Virus record (IMG/VR): IMGVR_UViG_3300025626_002437
Length of the DNA stretch: 54,985 nt
Strand: one strand, 5' to 3'
Source: an uncultured virus (IMG/VR IMGVR_UViG_3300025626_002437)
Lineage: Duplodnaviria; Heunggongvirae; Uroviricota; Caudoviricetes
The notes beneath the pieces were generated by a model. The model saw only the letters and a list, made by a program, of their open reading frames with translations, ran no database searches and was not told the origin of the DNA. Shown here one piece after another: positions 19,444 to 28,651 of this stretch. The number at the start of each line of letters is the position of its first letter. Within the stretch, counting starts at the first letter, position 1. The translations under genes were made by a program, and so were the position numbers.

Positions 19444-20178
19444 TTATACTCCGTATATATTTCTTTCTTTTAATTCTTCGACTAGTTTCTGTGCCCATCT
19501 TTCGTGTCCTGCCTCATTGGCATGGCCTCCGTTAATTCTAACTTCTGGAAATTGTCCACTCATTATCCAGTCCCAATAACTTGTTTCCATGTAATGGATT
19601 TTATCTATTGCATTATGTAATGATTTATCTACTGGGTGATCACCAGACCAAAATTTTACGTCTTCGTCTTCTAGTGGTGCTTGATCCTTTGTGTTTGTCA
19701 TTACATCAAACATTAGATATGGAATGTTATTGTTTTTGCATATATTTTCACATATATACATTGTCCTATATTTTTGTGCTAATAAGTCATCTGCTAAACA
19801 GATAGGCAAAAACTGTTTGTACGTTTCATATCTTTCTGAGCCTTCTGTCATTTCTGGTGCTCTCCAACTGTTCACTAAATTGTAATGATACGAACCATCT
19901 TCGTCAAATCCGTCTGCATATTCAAATCTGCCTAAACAAGTCCAACCTAGTATAACTAAGTCTGGTTTAGGGTTACCTGCAATGTATTCAACTAACAATC
20001 TTTCAGTTCGCATAATACTAGCACCAGGTTGCCCTAGATTAATACATTCATCTATTTCTAAAAGTTGTCTTAATTTTTCTGGGTAAGCCTTGTATATTGA
20101 TTCAGGACGATTGTCACCTTCGCCGTATATTTCTGCACCAAATGTGTGGCTATCACCTATTGCTAATAATGTACTCAT
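19444..20178 (-). CDS. SGNH/GDSL-hydrolase-like protein
   Basis: GDSHTFG, NLGQPGAS and C-terminal HANEAGH. Confidence 0.7.
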   Translation of the reverse strand: MSTLLAIGDSHTFGAEIYGEGDNRPESIYKAYPEKLRQLLEIDECINLGQPGASIMRTERLLVEYIAGNPKPDLVILGWTCLGRFEYADGFDEDGSYHYNLVNSWRAPEMTEGSERYETYKQFLPICLADDLLAQKYRTMYICENICKNNNIPYLMFDVMTNTKDQAPLEDEDVKFWSGDHPVDKSLHNAIDKIHYMETSYWDWIMSGQFPEVRINGGHANEAGHERWAQKLVEELKERNIYGV

Positions 20179-20267
20179 TTTTATTCCTTAAAAATGTAGC
20201 CATACTAGTTCTCTGAAGTAAACAGGACCAAGTATTCAAATCCCTAAGTATGGCTACTAGTCGTCAA

Positions 20268-21275
20268 CTACTGCTGACGATTCCTAATCATCTGCAGGAT
20301 GTCATCTGCAGATGCTTTACCAGTTTCATTAGAAGTGTTTTCGGCAGAAGCACTTACTGTTTCTGTTACTGGTTCAACTACCGGTGCAGGTGCTACAGGC
20401 TCAGCCGCTGGTGCTGGTGCCGGAGTAGTTTCTGCTACTGGAGTCACTGGAGCCTGAGCCGGTGCTGAAGGTGTTTGTACCTTAGCAGGTGCGGCCTGGC
20501 CAATAGGTCTAAAAAAGTTACCGTACTTATCGCTGTCATAAAGTTCGCCATTTACAGAATCTTGGAACATGTTGTAAATAACATCTACTTCCTCTGCTGT
20601 TGGCTTCTTAGGTAAGAAATCTTTAAGATCAAATAAACCATGTGTATCAACACTGGCAAGTTCATTTTCATCTAATGATCTTTCTTTCCTTGCCCACTTA
20701 CTTGTTGAATAGTCAGCATACTGACCTTTTGTGGTTTTTGTTAATCTAAAGTCTGTGCCATTTACATAATCTGTTGGAATGTTTTCCATGTCTGGGTCCA
20801 TTAATGCACCCTTGATTATATTAAAGATTTGAGGTCCAATAATGAATCGTCTAATTGGATTCTCTGGAGTTGTATCCTCTTGAAGTGGACTATCTACCAC
20901 AAATCCTTGGAATATATAACTTCTTTTTTTCCAGTACTTGCGACCCATATCTTCTAATGAAGGATCTTTGAACCAAGGTCTGATTTCATTATGAACCGGA
21001 CATTGTTCTCCCCACATTTCCATACAAGGTACTTGTACAGTTGTAGGTTTCATGTCACCACCCTTTATGCCAGGGAACTGTAAACGAATCATTTGTCGTT
21101 CAGTCCAAAAGAATGTGTTGTTGGGGTCTCCGTCTGGTAAGAATCTCATTGTAGCACTAGTGCCCTCTGAGATGTTCCAAAATGGGAAGATAGCATTATC
21201 GCCACCTGTTTGTGAACCGCCTGGTTTAGTATCCATTGCGGCTAGTTTTGCTCGTATTTCAGCCAATGTTGCCAT
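20268..21275 (-). CDS. 32: single-stranded DNA-binding protein (T4 gp32-like)
   Basis: RFLPDG, CxEMWGEQCP, DF-x-L-T-K and YADYSTSKW. Pro/Ala-rich linker before the C-terminal tail. Confidence 0.88.
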   Translation of the reverse strand: MATLAEIRAKLAAMDTKPGGSQTGGDNAIFPFWNISEGTSATMRFLPDGDPNNTFFWTERQMIRLQFPGIKGGDMKPTTVQVPCMEMWGEQCPVHNEIRPWFKDPSLEDMGRKYWKKRSYIFQGFVVDSPLQEDTTPENPIRRFIIGPQIFNIIKGALMDPDMENIPTDYVNGTDFRLTKTTKGQYADYSTSKWARKERSLDENELASVDTHGLFDLKDFLPKKPTAEEVDVIYNMFQDSVNGELYDSDKYGNFFRPIGQAAPAKVQTPSAPAQAPVTPVAETTPAPAPAAEPVAPAPVVEPVTETVSASAENTSNETGKASADDILQMIRNRQQ

Positions 21276-21331
21276 GTTTTTTCTCCTTGTTTGCCATGTT
21301 GTGTAATATTAATTCTTACACTTGTTTGCCT

Positions 21332-21360
21332 ATTATAATGCCTTTTGAAGTTGAAGTCAA
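21332..21360 (-). promoter_or_regulatory. sigma70-type promoter of gp32-uvsX operon
   Basis: TTGACT-N17-TATAAT. Confidence 0.8.
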
Positions 21361-21433
21361 CCTCTTTTTGCCATGTTATGTAATCTAATTTAAAATTTCT
21401 TTTAAACTAACTTTACTATATTATATATCAAAA

Positions 21434-22669
21434 TTAGCAGATTTTGTTTAATTTTTCGGTAAAATCAACAAATTCTACTAAATCTTGGTCTATATTACTT
21501 TCTACTCTTTCATTTACTTTACTGATTAATTTCTTAACCATGTTTACAGTAAATTCGTCAAGTTTCTGATCTTTCAGAATCTTAACTGTTGTGTTGTTGA
21601 TAAATTCTTTTAAAATTTTGTCATCAATGCTTTCACTAATTGTATTTAATTTGTATGCAATTTCTGATTTTTTATTAGGAAATTCAACAGCATCTTCGTT
21701 AATTGCTGGTACACTAAATCTATTATTTTCAATAGAATGCTCAATATACTCTGCAACTGAACGTTGAATATTAACTAATCTATTAATGCTAGGAAATGCA
21801 GATTGTACAGTATTGTCAACATGCTTTTCTGTGAATAAACCTGATAAATCGTGTTCGTCTTCACTTAATGTCAATGTATTCATTGCGTCAATTGTATCTA
21901 CTGCTTTAGCATAAGACTTTGCTCCACTTAATTGTTTTAAGTTTTGCCTCATTGTAGATATAGATTCTTTTGCTATTTGTACATACTCGTTATTTTGTTC
22001 ATTCACTAATCCTTTTTTGTCTACATATCTAACAAATTGTGACAATTCGGAAATGTTTTGTACCATTTCATTAATTGAATTGCCTACTTGATCAAAAGGA
22101 TTGCCACCATTATGTACGTGGCGTGCCATTGCTCTGGCACCTGCTAAACTTTTATGAGGTAATGCAAATCTTTCATCTGCACGTTGTATAAAGATCTTTG
22201 ATATTTGTCTACTTCTTGATCCTCTGACTTCTTCGTTAACTGGTTTGTTGTGTCTTACAACTATTTTTACTGCGTCTAGAGGTTGGTAACTTGTTTTGGT
22301 GCTACCATACATTTTTCCTAGACTTGCTTCTGTTACTTCTGCTTTCACTTTATACTCATCGTGTTTTGGCGTAATGTTCTTGCCATAGATTTTATACTTA
22401 AAACTGTATAAACCATTATGTGCAATTTCTTTTATACCTTTATGTATTTTATTTATGATGTCTTCATCGACAACCTTCGATCTGCTTAACTTAACTTCTT
22501 TTTCTGCTGAATCTACAGTGACCATTACATTTGGATCACTGCTAAAAAATCTTTCAGCAATATCAACATCTAATGTATCGTTGCCTTGATCGTCTTTTAA
22601 AGTCAGTTTTAATCCATTACCTTTTAGGAAATCAAAGATTTTGGTATTAATTTCTGCTTTATTATTCAT
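21434..22669 (-). CDS. conserved hypothetical (probable head-associated) protein
   Basis: Track ORF ends at 22684. Start reassigned to ATG 22669, 5 nt after GATAAATA. Contains GARAMARHV motif. Confidence 0.7.
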   Translation of the reverse strand: MNNKAEINTKIFDFLKGNGLKLTLKDDQGNDTLDVDIAERFFSSDPNVMVTVDSAEKEVKLSRSKVVDEDIINKIHKGIKEIAHNGLYSFKYKIYGKNITPKHDEYKVKAEVTEASLGKMYGSTKTSYQPLDAVKIVVRHNKPVNEEVRGSRSRQISKIFIQRADERFALPHKSLAGARAMARHVHNGGNPFDQVGNSINEMVQNISELSQFVRYVDKKGLVNEQNNEYVQIAKESISTMRQNLKQLSGAKSYAKAVDTIDAMNTLTLSEDEHDLSGLFTEKHVDNTVQSAFPSINRLVNIQRSVAEYIEHSIENNRFSVPAINEDAVEFPNKKSEIAYKLNTISESIDDKILKEFINNTTVKILKDQKLDEFTVNMVKKLISKVNERVESNIDQDLVEFVDFTEKLNKIC

Positions 22670-22693
22670 ACTTATATTTATCAAAAAAACTAA

Positions 22694-24265
22694 TTATAAA
22701 ACACCTATTGGCATAGGACCGCTATAATCGTCGTCGTCCCCGCCGACACTGGTTTCTATTTCGTCGTATATAGCATCTTCGTATTGTGCTATGTATGTGA
22801 TCATTCTTACTGTAACTAAAGTAGCCATAACTAAGTCATCACTACCTCCTGGTTTTGCGGCAAATGTTGTACCACGTGCTACAAATTCTTTTAATTCTCT
22901 AATTATATTTTTACTGCGTAATGATAATTTACCGTTTTCAATTAAACGTTTCATTGCCAACGCACCTTCCATTTTATTTTTATGATGGGTGTGATATCCT
23001 TTGCGACCTTTCTTGCCCTGTACTTTGTTAGGTTCATGCAGGAATGTTCCAGGGAAACTTTCTTCACCAGTGTCTCTAATAACCACAAGTGCCGCTTCAC
23101 CGATAGCATTGTTTTCTACTGTCCAGTATATTTCATTAGCACCGTAACTCTGTATTTCTAATGCTATGTCTCGCAGTAGTTTTACTTGCCCTTCAATTGG
23201 TGTTTTGTTGTGTTGCCATTCACATACTTGATTCATACTAGGTAAGTCGTAACACACTATGGCGGCATTGTCTCCCCCTGTTCCTGTGCTAGGATCTAAT
23301 GTAATTGTATATATTTTGTTTGGGTTAATGTTTTCATACCAACGTATTTGACCGCTACGTCTAATTGGGTCAACTCCTTTCATATCAACTAGTTTAAGTG
23401 AATCAATAAGTGTTTCATCGTATATGATAAATTCGCATTCGTGTTCGCGTCTAAATCTTTCTTCGCCAATCCTACTACGTTCTGCTTTTGCCCACAGTTC
23501 GTCTCTGTCCGGGTGCTCTTGCCAATTTACCCGGAATGCTTTGAATCCATTTGTGCCTACATCGCTTTCATTACCGTGATCATCTACTTCTCTGATTGCT
23601 TGATGCCAGATATTAGCAAATGTATCATCGTCACTGTTAGGTGTAGATGTTACTATACATTTACCACCTGTACTTAATGTTGGTGATAATGATGTCCAAA
23701 ATTCAGCCGCTATCCTTGGTGGCACAAACGCAAACTCGTCTAAGTAGACTAACGAAAGTGACATACCCCTACCAGTATTTTCAGTTGTTGTAGCACTTAC
23801 TATTCTGCTACCGTTATCAAAACTCAAACTACCTTTATTATATTCTGTTACACCTGCTCTAATATGATCTGGAACACTTTCATACGCATAACGTATACGT
23901 TGCATAATTTCCTGTGCGCCTGTGTGCTTATGTGCCGCTACAAGTATTGTGCTGTCAGCGACAAACATAGCATACCAAAGTAAGTATGCGGCCGCACACG
24001 TTGTTTTACCTGTCTGTCTAGGTAACATGTTTATACTATATCGATATTGCGAGTAAGTGTGTATTAACCTTTCTTGGAATTCAAAAGGTTGAAAATCTAT
24101 ACCACCTTTTGTAGGATGTTGTATTTTTACAAATTTTCCCATAAAGAATGCTGGTCCACTTATTGGATCCATGCAATTTTGTAATTCCACGATTTGATCT
24201 TCAGTGAAGTTTTGCTTTGCAAATGCTCGTTTGGTTAAACTATAATCCTGCGTTCCTTTAGGCAT
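22694..24265 (-). CDS. 17: terminase large subunit (T4 gp17-like)
   Basis: PRQTGKTT, YLDEFAF, TSTPN, LDPSTG, DDLVMA. Confidence 0.96.
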   Translation of the reverse strand: MPKGTQDYSLTKRAFAKQNFTEDQIVELQNCMDPISGPAFFMGKFVKIQHPTKGGIDFQPFEFQERLIHTYSQYRYSINMLPRQTGKTTCAAAYLLWYAMFVADSTILVAAHKHTGAQEIMQRIRYAYESVPDHIRAGVTEYNKGSLSFDNGSRIVSATTTENTGRGMSLSLVYLDEFAFVPPRIAAEFWTSLSPTLSTGGKCIVTSTPNSDDDTFANIWHQAIREVDDHGNESDVGTNGFKAFRVNWQEHPDRDELWAKAERSRIGEERFRREHECEFIIYDETLIDSLKLVDMKGVDPIRRSGQIRWYENINPNKIYTITLDPSTGTGGDNAAIVCYDLPSMNQVCEWQHNKTPIEGQVKLLRDIALEIQSYGANEIYWTVENNAIGEAALVVIRDTGEESFPGTFLHEPNKVQGKKGRKGYHTHHKNKMEGALAMKRLIENGKLSLRSKNIIRELKEFVARGTTFAAKPGGSDDLVMATLVTVRMITYIAQYEDAIYDEIETSVGGDDDDYSGPMPIGVL

Positions 24266-24302
24266 ACAGTTATTTATGTGGGTTTTTGGTTAAGAAAAGT
24301 GT

Positions 24303-24776
24303 TTACAGGCTTTTGTAACGATTCATTAATGCGTTAAGAATCTCTTTTTTATCACCAGCAACTGGGTCGTAACCTGTTGCTTTTGGTTTGAGACTTATAA
24401 CTTTCATTTTCATTTTTGATTCTTCGTCATCGCCGTGTTGATCGCAGTCTGAACATTCGCACTCATCACCAGGCTTTCCACAACCATCACAAACATCTGC
24501 GTACTCGCCTTGTTTTGGTTCTTCATCGTGATCATGTTCTTCTTCTGAATCTTTGCCTTTAGGTAATGTGATACCTGCAAGTTTTAAAATGTCGTGTAGT
24601 TCGTCCATGCTGTCAGCATTAGCACTAACAGTAACAGTATTATCGCCTTGCTTCTTAGTCTTGCTATAAGTTACTGTTTCTTTGTCATCTTGGTCGTCTG
24701 CACCTTGCATTCCATAAGGTGATGAAGTATAAAATGACTCCATCAGTGACATATATTTTCTAATTTCTTCTGACAT
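24303..24776 (-). CDS. acidic hypothetical protein with Cys cluster
   Basis: 157 aa, CDGC...CECSDC, ILKLAGI motif. Confidence 0.65.
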   Translation of the reverse strand: MSEEIRKYMSLMESFYTSSPYGMQGADDQDDKETVTYSKTKKQGDNTVTVSANADSMDELHDILKLAGITLPKGKDSEEEHDHDEEPKQGEYADVCDGCGKPGDECECSDCDQHGDDEESKMKMKVISLKPKATGYDPVAGDKKEILNALMNRYKSL

Positions 24777-25465
24777 TATTGTACCACTGGTCCTTGATTA
24801 ATGTGATATTCGTTACCTTGTACACTTGGATCGTGTGCTAAACCTACTGCGTCTGCTAAAGGTTTTAGGTCGTCTCCCATCATCATGCTTTTGCTTGGAT
24901 AGTTACGGAAATAGTCTGCACCTTTTTCGTTTTTAACTTTTTGTAATTCATCTAAAAACTTAGAATTGAACTCTTCGCCGTACATGCCTAATTCTGCAAA
25001 ATCTAAATCTTTGTTTTCAATTTCGTAATGTGCTTGTTCTTCATTAGTTAATTCGGCATTTTCCATGTCTGCATATCTATCCTTGTCATTTTCGATTCTG
25101 TTTTTAGTAACTTCATCTTCTAATGTTCTTGGACTTTCTACTGGTTGAATAACAACATGCTCTGACATCATTTGCATATTTACTGCTACCCAAACTTCTA
25201 ATAATCTTTCATTAATTGGATATTGTAATACAACGTCTACACTTGTTACTTCTGTTGGTCCTTTAAGTTTTTTGTTTTTAAAATCTAAAGGTTCTTCTTG
25301 AATAGGAGTTCTTTTAGCACTACTAACACTTTGTACACCGTATTTACCTAGAATATTTTCCAACTGCTTTATACCTTCGTTAGATATATCTCCAGCGAAT
25401 TTAATTCTATAGTTAAAAGTTTTTTCAAAACTTTCTGTTATAAATTGTTTAAAAGGTGTTTTCAT
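24776..25465 (-). CDS. conserved hypothetical late protein
   Basis: 229 aa, AGGAG RBS, GATAAATA at 25483-25490, N-terminal FKQFITES. Confidence 0.7.
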   Translation of the reverse strand: MKTPFKQFITESFEKTFNYRIKFAGDISNEGIKQLENILGKYGVQSVSSAKRTPIQEEPLDFKNKKLKGPTEVTSVDVVLQYPINERLLEVWVAVNMQMMSEHVVIQPVESPRTLEDEVTKNRIENDKDRYADMENAELTNEEQAHYEIENKDLDFAELGMYGEEFNSKFLDELQKVKNEKGADYFRNYPSKSMMMGDDLKPLADAVGLAHDPSVQGNEYHINQGPVVQ

Positions 25466-25481
25466 AATCTCTCCTATGTAG

Positions 25482-25946
25482 TTATTTATCTTTTTTGTTT
25501 AAAATTTGAAGGATGTGGTTTCTGTCCATAACTCCTCCTTCGCTTTTAGATTCCGAACCTTCTGTTTGATCTAGTCTCATTTTGCGTATTTGTAAGTCAA
25601 TCATTTTTAATTTTTTGTCAACTTTAGCATTTTTGCTGTCCATTGCTATTTGTAACATCTTACTTGCTGTTTCAAAAACTCTACCGGCATGAGCATCTTG
25701 CACATTCATACCTAAGTTCATAAGTTCGTCATAACTGTCTAGTGCCTTTTGTGCAATGTCTTCCATTTCATTGTCATGTGCTGTTAAATCTTTAACCTTA
25801 GGTAGTGCCGAATCTATTTTTTCAGCATTTGTAAGTGCCTCTTTAACTTCTACTTCTGTGATTTCTTTGCTTTGTTCTTTTGTATCAGCAGGTAACACGT
25901 CTTCTATAGGCGGTAAATTAAATTCTTCTTCCAGTTTGCGTGTCAT
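25482..25946 (-). CDS. putative terminase small subunit (gp16-like)
   Basis: Helical AGRVFETASKML segment and DRNHIL C-terminus, upstream of gp17. Confidence 0.65.
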   Translation of the reverse strand: MTRKLEEEFNLPPIEDVLPADTKEQSKEITEVEVKEALTNAEKIDSALPKVKDLTAHDNEMEDIAQKALDSYDELMNLGMNVQDAHAGRVFETASKMLQIAMDSKNAKVDKKLKMIDLQIRKMRLDQTEGSESKSEGGVMDRNHILQILNKKDK

Positions 25947-25954
25947 AGTTGTAT

Positions 25955-26395
25955 TTAGTTCTTTCTCTTCTTGGTGTTCATGTATATGTGATTCTCATTC
26001 AACACTCTAAAACGTACACCTTTGCGTTGACACCATTCATTTGCGGCTGTCCATTTTGCTAAATTAATAGCAACTTGTATTTTTTCTGCACTACTTCTTG
26101 CACTTTCCATTGTACTTTGACTGCCAGGTTTGATCTCAATTACTTCCATATGATTCTTGCCATTTTTATCAGTGTAAATTACTGTGAAGTCAGGCACATA
26201 AACTGTGTGCTTACCTGTCACAGGGTGTCTATATGGTATTTTGATATTTTCACTTGCCCATTGTGTAATGTTTGGATGGCTATCACACATGTTCATAAAT
26301 GCTAATTCCCAACTGCTACGATAGTAAGGAGATTTTGCACCTGCATACTTATTTGGGTTTTGTGGTTCGAATGTGCCTTTGGCGTATTTTGCCAT
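25955..26395 (-). CDS. 4: head completion nuclease (T4 gp4-like, TnsA-type)
   Basis: YRSSWE, WASE, YVPDF, IEIKP, KWTAA. Confidence 0.9.
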   Translation of the reverse strand: MAKYAKGTFEPQNPNKYAGAKSPYYRSSWELAFMNMCDSHPNITQWASENIKIPYRHPVTGKHTVYVPDFTVIYTDKNGKNHMEVIEIKPGSQSTMESARSSAEKIQVAINLAKWTAANEWCQRKGVRFRVLNENHIYMNTKKRKN

Positions 26396-26396
26396 G

Positions 26397-26828
26397 TTAC
26401 GCCCCTATAAGTAGGCGAACGTATTTGTCTGATGTAGTATTTACAGAATTTTGAAATCTTACTGAATTTGGTAAAGTATTATTGATAAGATTTAGTACAT
26501 CATTGCTTATTGATATCTTGTTATCTTCTTTTGTATAAAGTGATAGTACATTAACTTCTGTGCTATCTGCGATTTCTTTTAATGTGATTGTATAAAAGTT
26601 TGCTAATTTGTCTGTCAAACCAGCACTTTTAAAATCTGCAAATACCTGTTCGATTTTATATCCGTCTAGGCCGTTTTTAACTGTGTTTGCCTGTGTTGTT
26701 AATTGTTTTATTTGCAGTACTTCAGGATTAATATTTAATTCTTCACCTGTTTTAGATATAATTTTGTAGGAGTTATTAGACTTATTTGTATCAAAATCTA
26801 CTCCAAAATTTTTGTATATATTACTCAT
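26397..26828 (-). CDS. hypothetical protein
   Basis: 143 aa, TAATG-coupled within the tail operon. Confidence 0.65.
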   Translation of the reverse strand: MSNIYKNFGVDFDTNKSNNSYKIISKTGEELNINPEVLQIKQLTTQANTVKNGLDGYKIEQVFADFKSAGLTDKLANFYTITLKEIADSTEVNVLSLYTKEDNKISISNDVLNLINNTLPNSVRFQNSVNTTSDKYVRLLIGA

Positions 26829-27895
26829 TAGTTTATATTAAACTTGTTAAGATTTTTATTGTTTTTCTTTAATAAGCCATCTGTGAGTTCATTTGCTTTT
26901 TTTCTTACAGCATTACGCACTAAATTACCAAAGAATCCAATTTCCTCTGGATCGTCCCCTGCTGTTTTAATTGATTCTAAACTGCCGCCATAGTCTTGTC
27001 TTTTTGCTGTATTTACATCACTTAAATCTTTGGCTCTATTGCCGGCACGTTGAGTTAACCCAAATAACCCTTTTACAATTCCTCTAAGTCTATCCCCTCC
27101 TGGATTAAATGGCGTTGACTTAGTATAATCCTCTATAGCCCCTTGTAAGAATGTACTTTCTTCGTCATAATCAAAATTTATAACAGGAGAATAGTGTAAC
27201 TTTTCGTATTCGAATGAAAAGGTTATTTCTTGTGAACTTCCTGAGCCTGCATAATCTAGAGGCGTAAACGAGACGTCACCAATCATTGGATTGACTGCTG
27301 TTGTACGTTGTACTGTTTGGCCGTGCATTTGATATACATGAATATTATTAAAAAATTGTGAATTTTTTGCATCATGCATGTCTATGCCATCAAATTGACT
27401 CATGTGGTCGCCTTCGTGTCTTATTAATTTACTATTATGTACGACACTATTCCAGTCTTGTATTTGACCACTTGCAATACCTGGTGTTGTTTGAGTATGT
27501 CTACCGTCGGTAAAATGATAGTTATAATATACTTGCCATAGTTCTTGCCATGTGCTTGATACATCATCATGTACCGTTACATTAAACGGCTTGAACTCTT
27601 TTGTTAGAATTACTGGAACATTTTTATTATATTTTGGTCTTTTTTCAATAGTCACAGCCATAGTTGGTATGTCTATTGTTTTAACCATTTGTGCTAAATC
27701 AAAAGGCCCAGTCGTGTTTAAGAACAATGCCTGCAATGTGGGGTTTAGTTCAAAATGAACTATATATTGAAACGGCAAGCGAGGGGGGTTACCGGAACTA
27801 AAACTACCAAGTTTACTACTTGCGTGTCTAGGTCCGGCTACATAAATCCCGTTTTTAACTTGTCCGCCGATTAACTCTTTCCAGAATTTTGCCAT
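26828..27895 (-). CDS. tail-tube-like baseplate protein (gp54/gp48-like)
   Basis: VKTIDIP, VTVHDD, PLDYA and FSFEYE motifs of the gp19 fold. Follows the tail tube gene. Confidence 0.7.
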   Translation of the reverse strand: MAKFWKELIGGQVKNGIYVAGPRHASSKLGSFSSGNPPRLPFQYIVHFELNPTLQALFLNTTGPFDLAQMVKTIDIPTMAVTIEKRPKYNKNVPVILTKEFKPFNVTVHDDVSSTWQELWQVYYNYHFTDGRHTQTTPGIASGQIQDWNSVVHNSKLIRHEGDHMSQFDGIDMHDAKNSQFFNNIHVYQMHGQTVQRTTAVNPMIGDVSFTPLDYAGSGSSQEITFSFEYEKLHYSPVINFDYDEESTFLQGAIEDYTKSTPFNPGGDRLRGIVKGLFGLTQRAGNRAKDLSDVNTAKRQDYGGSLESIKTAGDDPEEIGFFGNLVRNAVRKKANELTDGLLKKNNKNLNKFNIN

Positions 27896-27922
27896 CGGTT
27901 CTCCCTATAGAATAGGCCTAAA

Positions 27923-28543
27923 TTATACTCCAGTGCCTGGTGTTGCTGGTAGTGGTGATACTAATGGGAATGGATCACCTGCGGCAACTTTACCACCGAG
28001 TGTATTAGGTCCAGCCACATGTACCGCGTTATCGTATCTGACGGTCAAGTCTAATTGAACAATTTCGCTGGCATCATATGAATGATCACTATAGTTAACC
28101 TGTTGTAGCATACATCCTTCTAGTTCCCATTGCTCTGTTGGCTCAGCATTTGTACCATCTAAGACTTGGATAAGCATATCAAACTTGTAGTCTCCACCAC
28201 TAACTGCGGTAGTTTGTTCGAAATGGTTAAATTGTCTTTGGATTTGCTGACCGACTAAAGCGGAAACTTGGTTAGTAATATCATCCCTTAAACTGAGATT
28301 AATCGCTTCCCATTGATGTTTACCTGATATATATGCACGAGAGTTATAACTGTGAACTTCAACTTCGTCAACATTAAATGTTGGTCTAGTTACACTCACG
28401 ATGTTACTTGTGAACTCATCGGTTCTACCACCTGCTCCAAATCCAGTTACGAGTACACGGAATCTGTATTTGAGTTTAGGTTGTAAGATACCTAATCGAG
28501 CACCTTCAATAGGTACACCAAATTTATCTTTTGTTACTGCCAT
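27923..28543 (-). CDS. 19: tail tube protein (T4 gp19-like)
   Basis: YISGKHQW, LSLRDD, WELEGC, LTVRYD. Immediately downstream of sheath. Confidence 0.88.
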   Translation of the reverse strand: MAVTKDKFGVPIEGARLGILQPKLKYRFRVLVTGFGAGGRTDEFTSNIVSVTRPTFNVDEVEVHSYNSRAYISGKHQWEAINLSLRDDITNQVSALVGQQIQRQFNHFEQTTAVSGGDYKFDMLIQVLDGTNAEPTEQWELEGCMLQQVNYSDHSYDASEIVQLDLTVRYDNAVHVAGPNTLGGKVAAGDPFPLVSPLPATPGTGV

Positions 28544-28602
28544 CTTTCGATCTCCTAATCACATGTTATACATGCTATTGCATTTATTTATCTCTTTTCG
28601 GC

Positions 28603-28632
28603 CAAAAATAAAGGGTGGAAAAATCCACCCTT
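28603..28632 (-). terminator. intrinsic terminator after tail sheath
   Basis: AAGGGTGGA/TCCACCCTT stem followed by TATTTTT. Confidence 0.85.
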
Positions 28633-28651
28633 CATAATTTTTAGAATAATC

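Noticed and set aside
20196..20257. SAM-II/SAM-V riboswitch or hammerhead ribozyme (AUUUGAA; CUGAAG)
   Set aside because: It lacks the 3' A-rich triplex strand of SAM-II/V and the CUGANGA/GAAA core. Kept only as an unclassified structure.
15292..24265. Inteins or introns in uvsW, uvsX or terminase
   Set aside because: The ORFs are of ordinary length with contiguous motifs and no splicing signatures.
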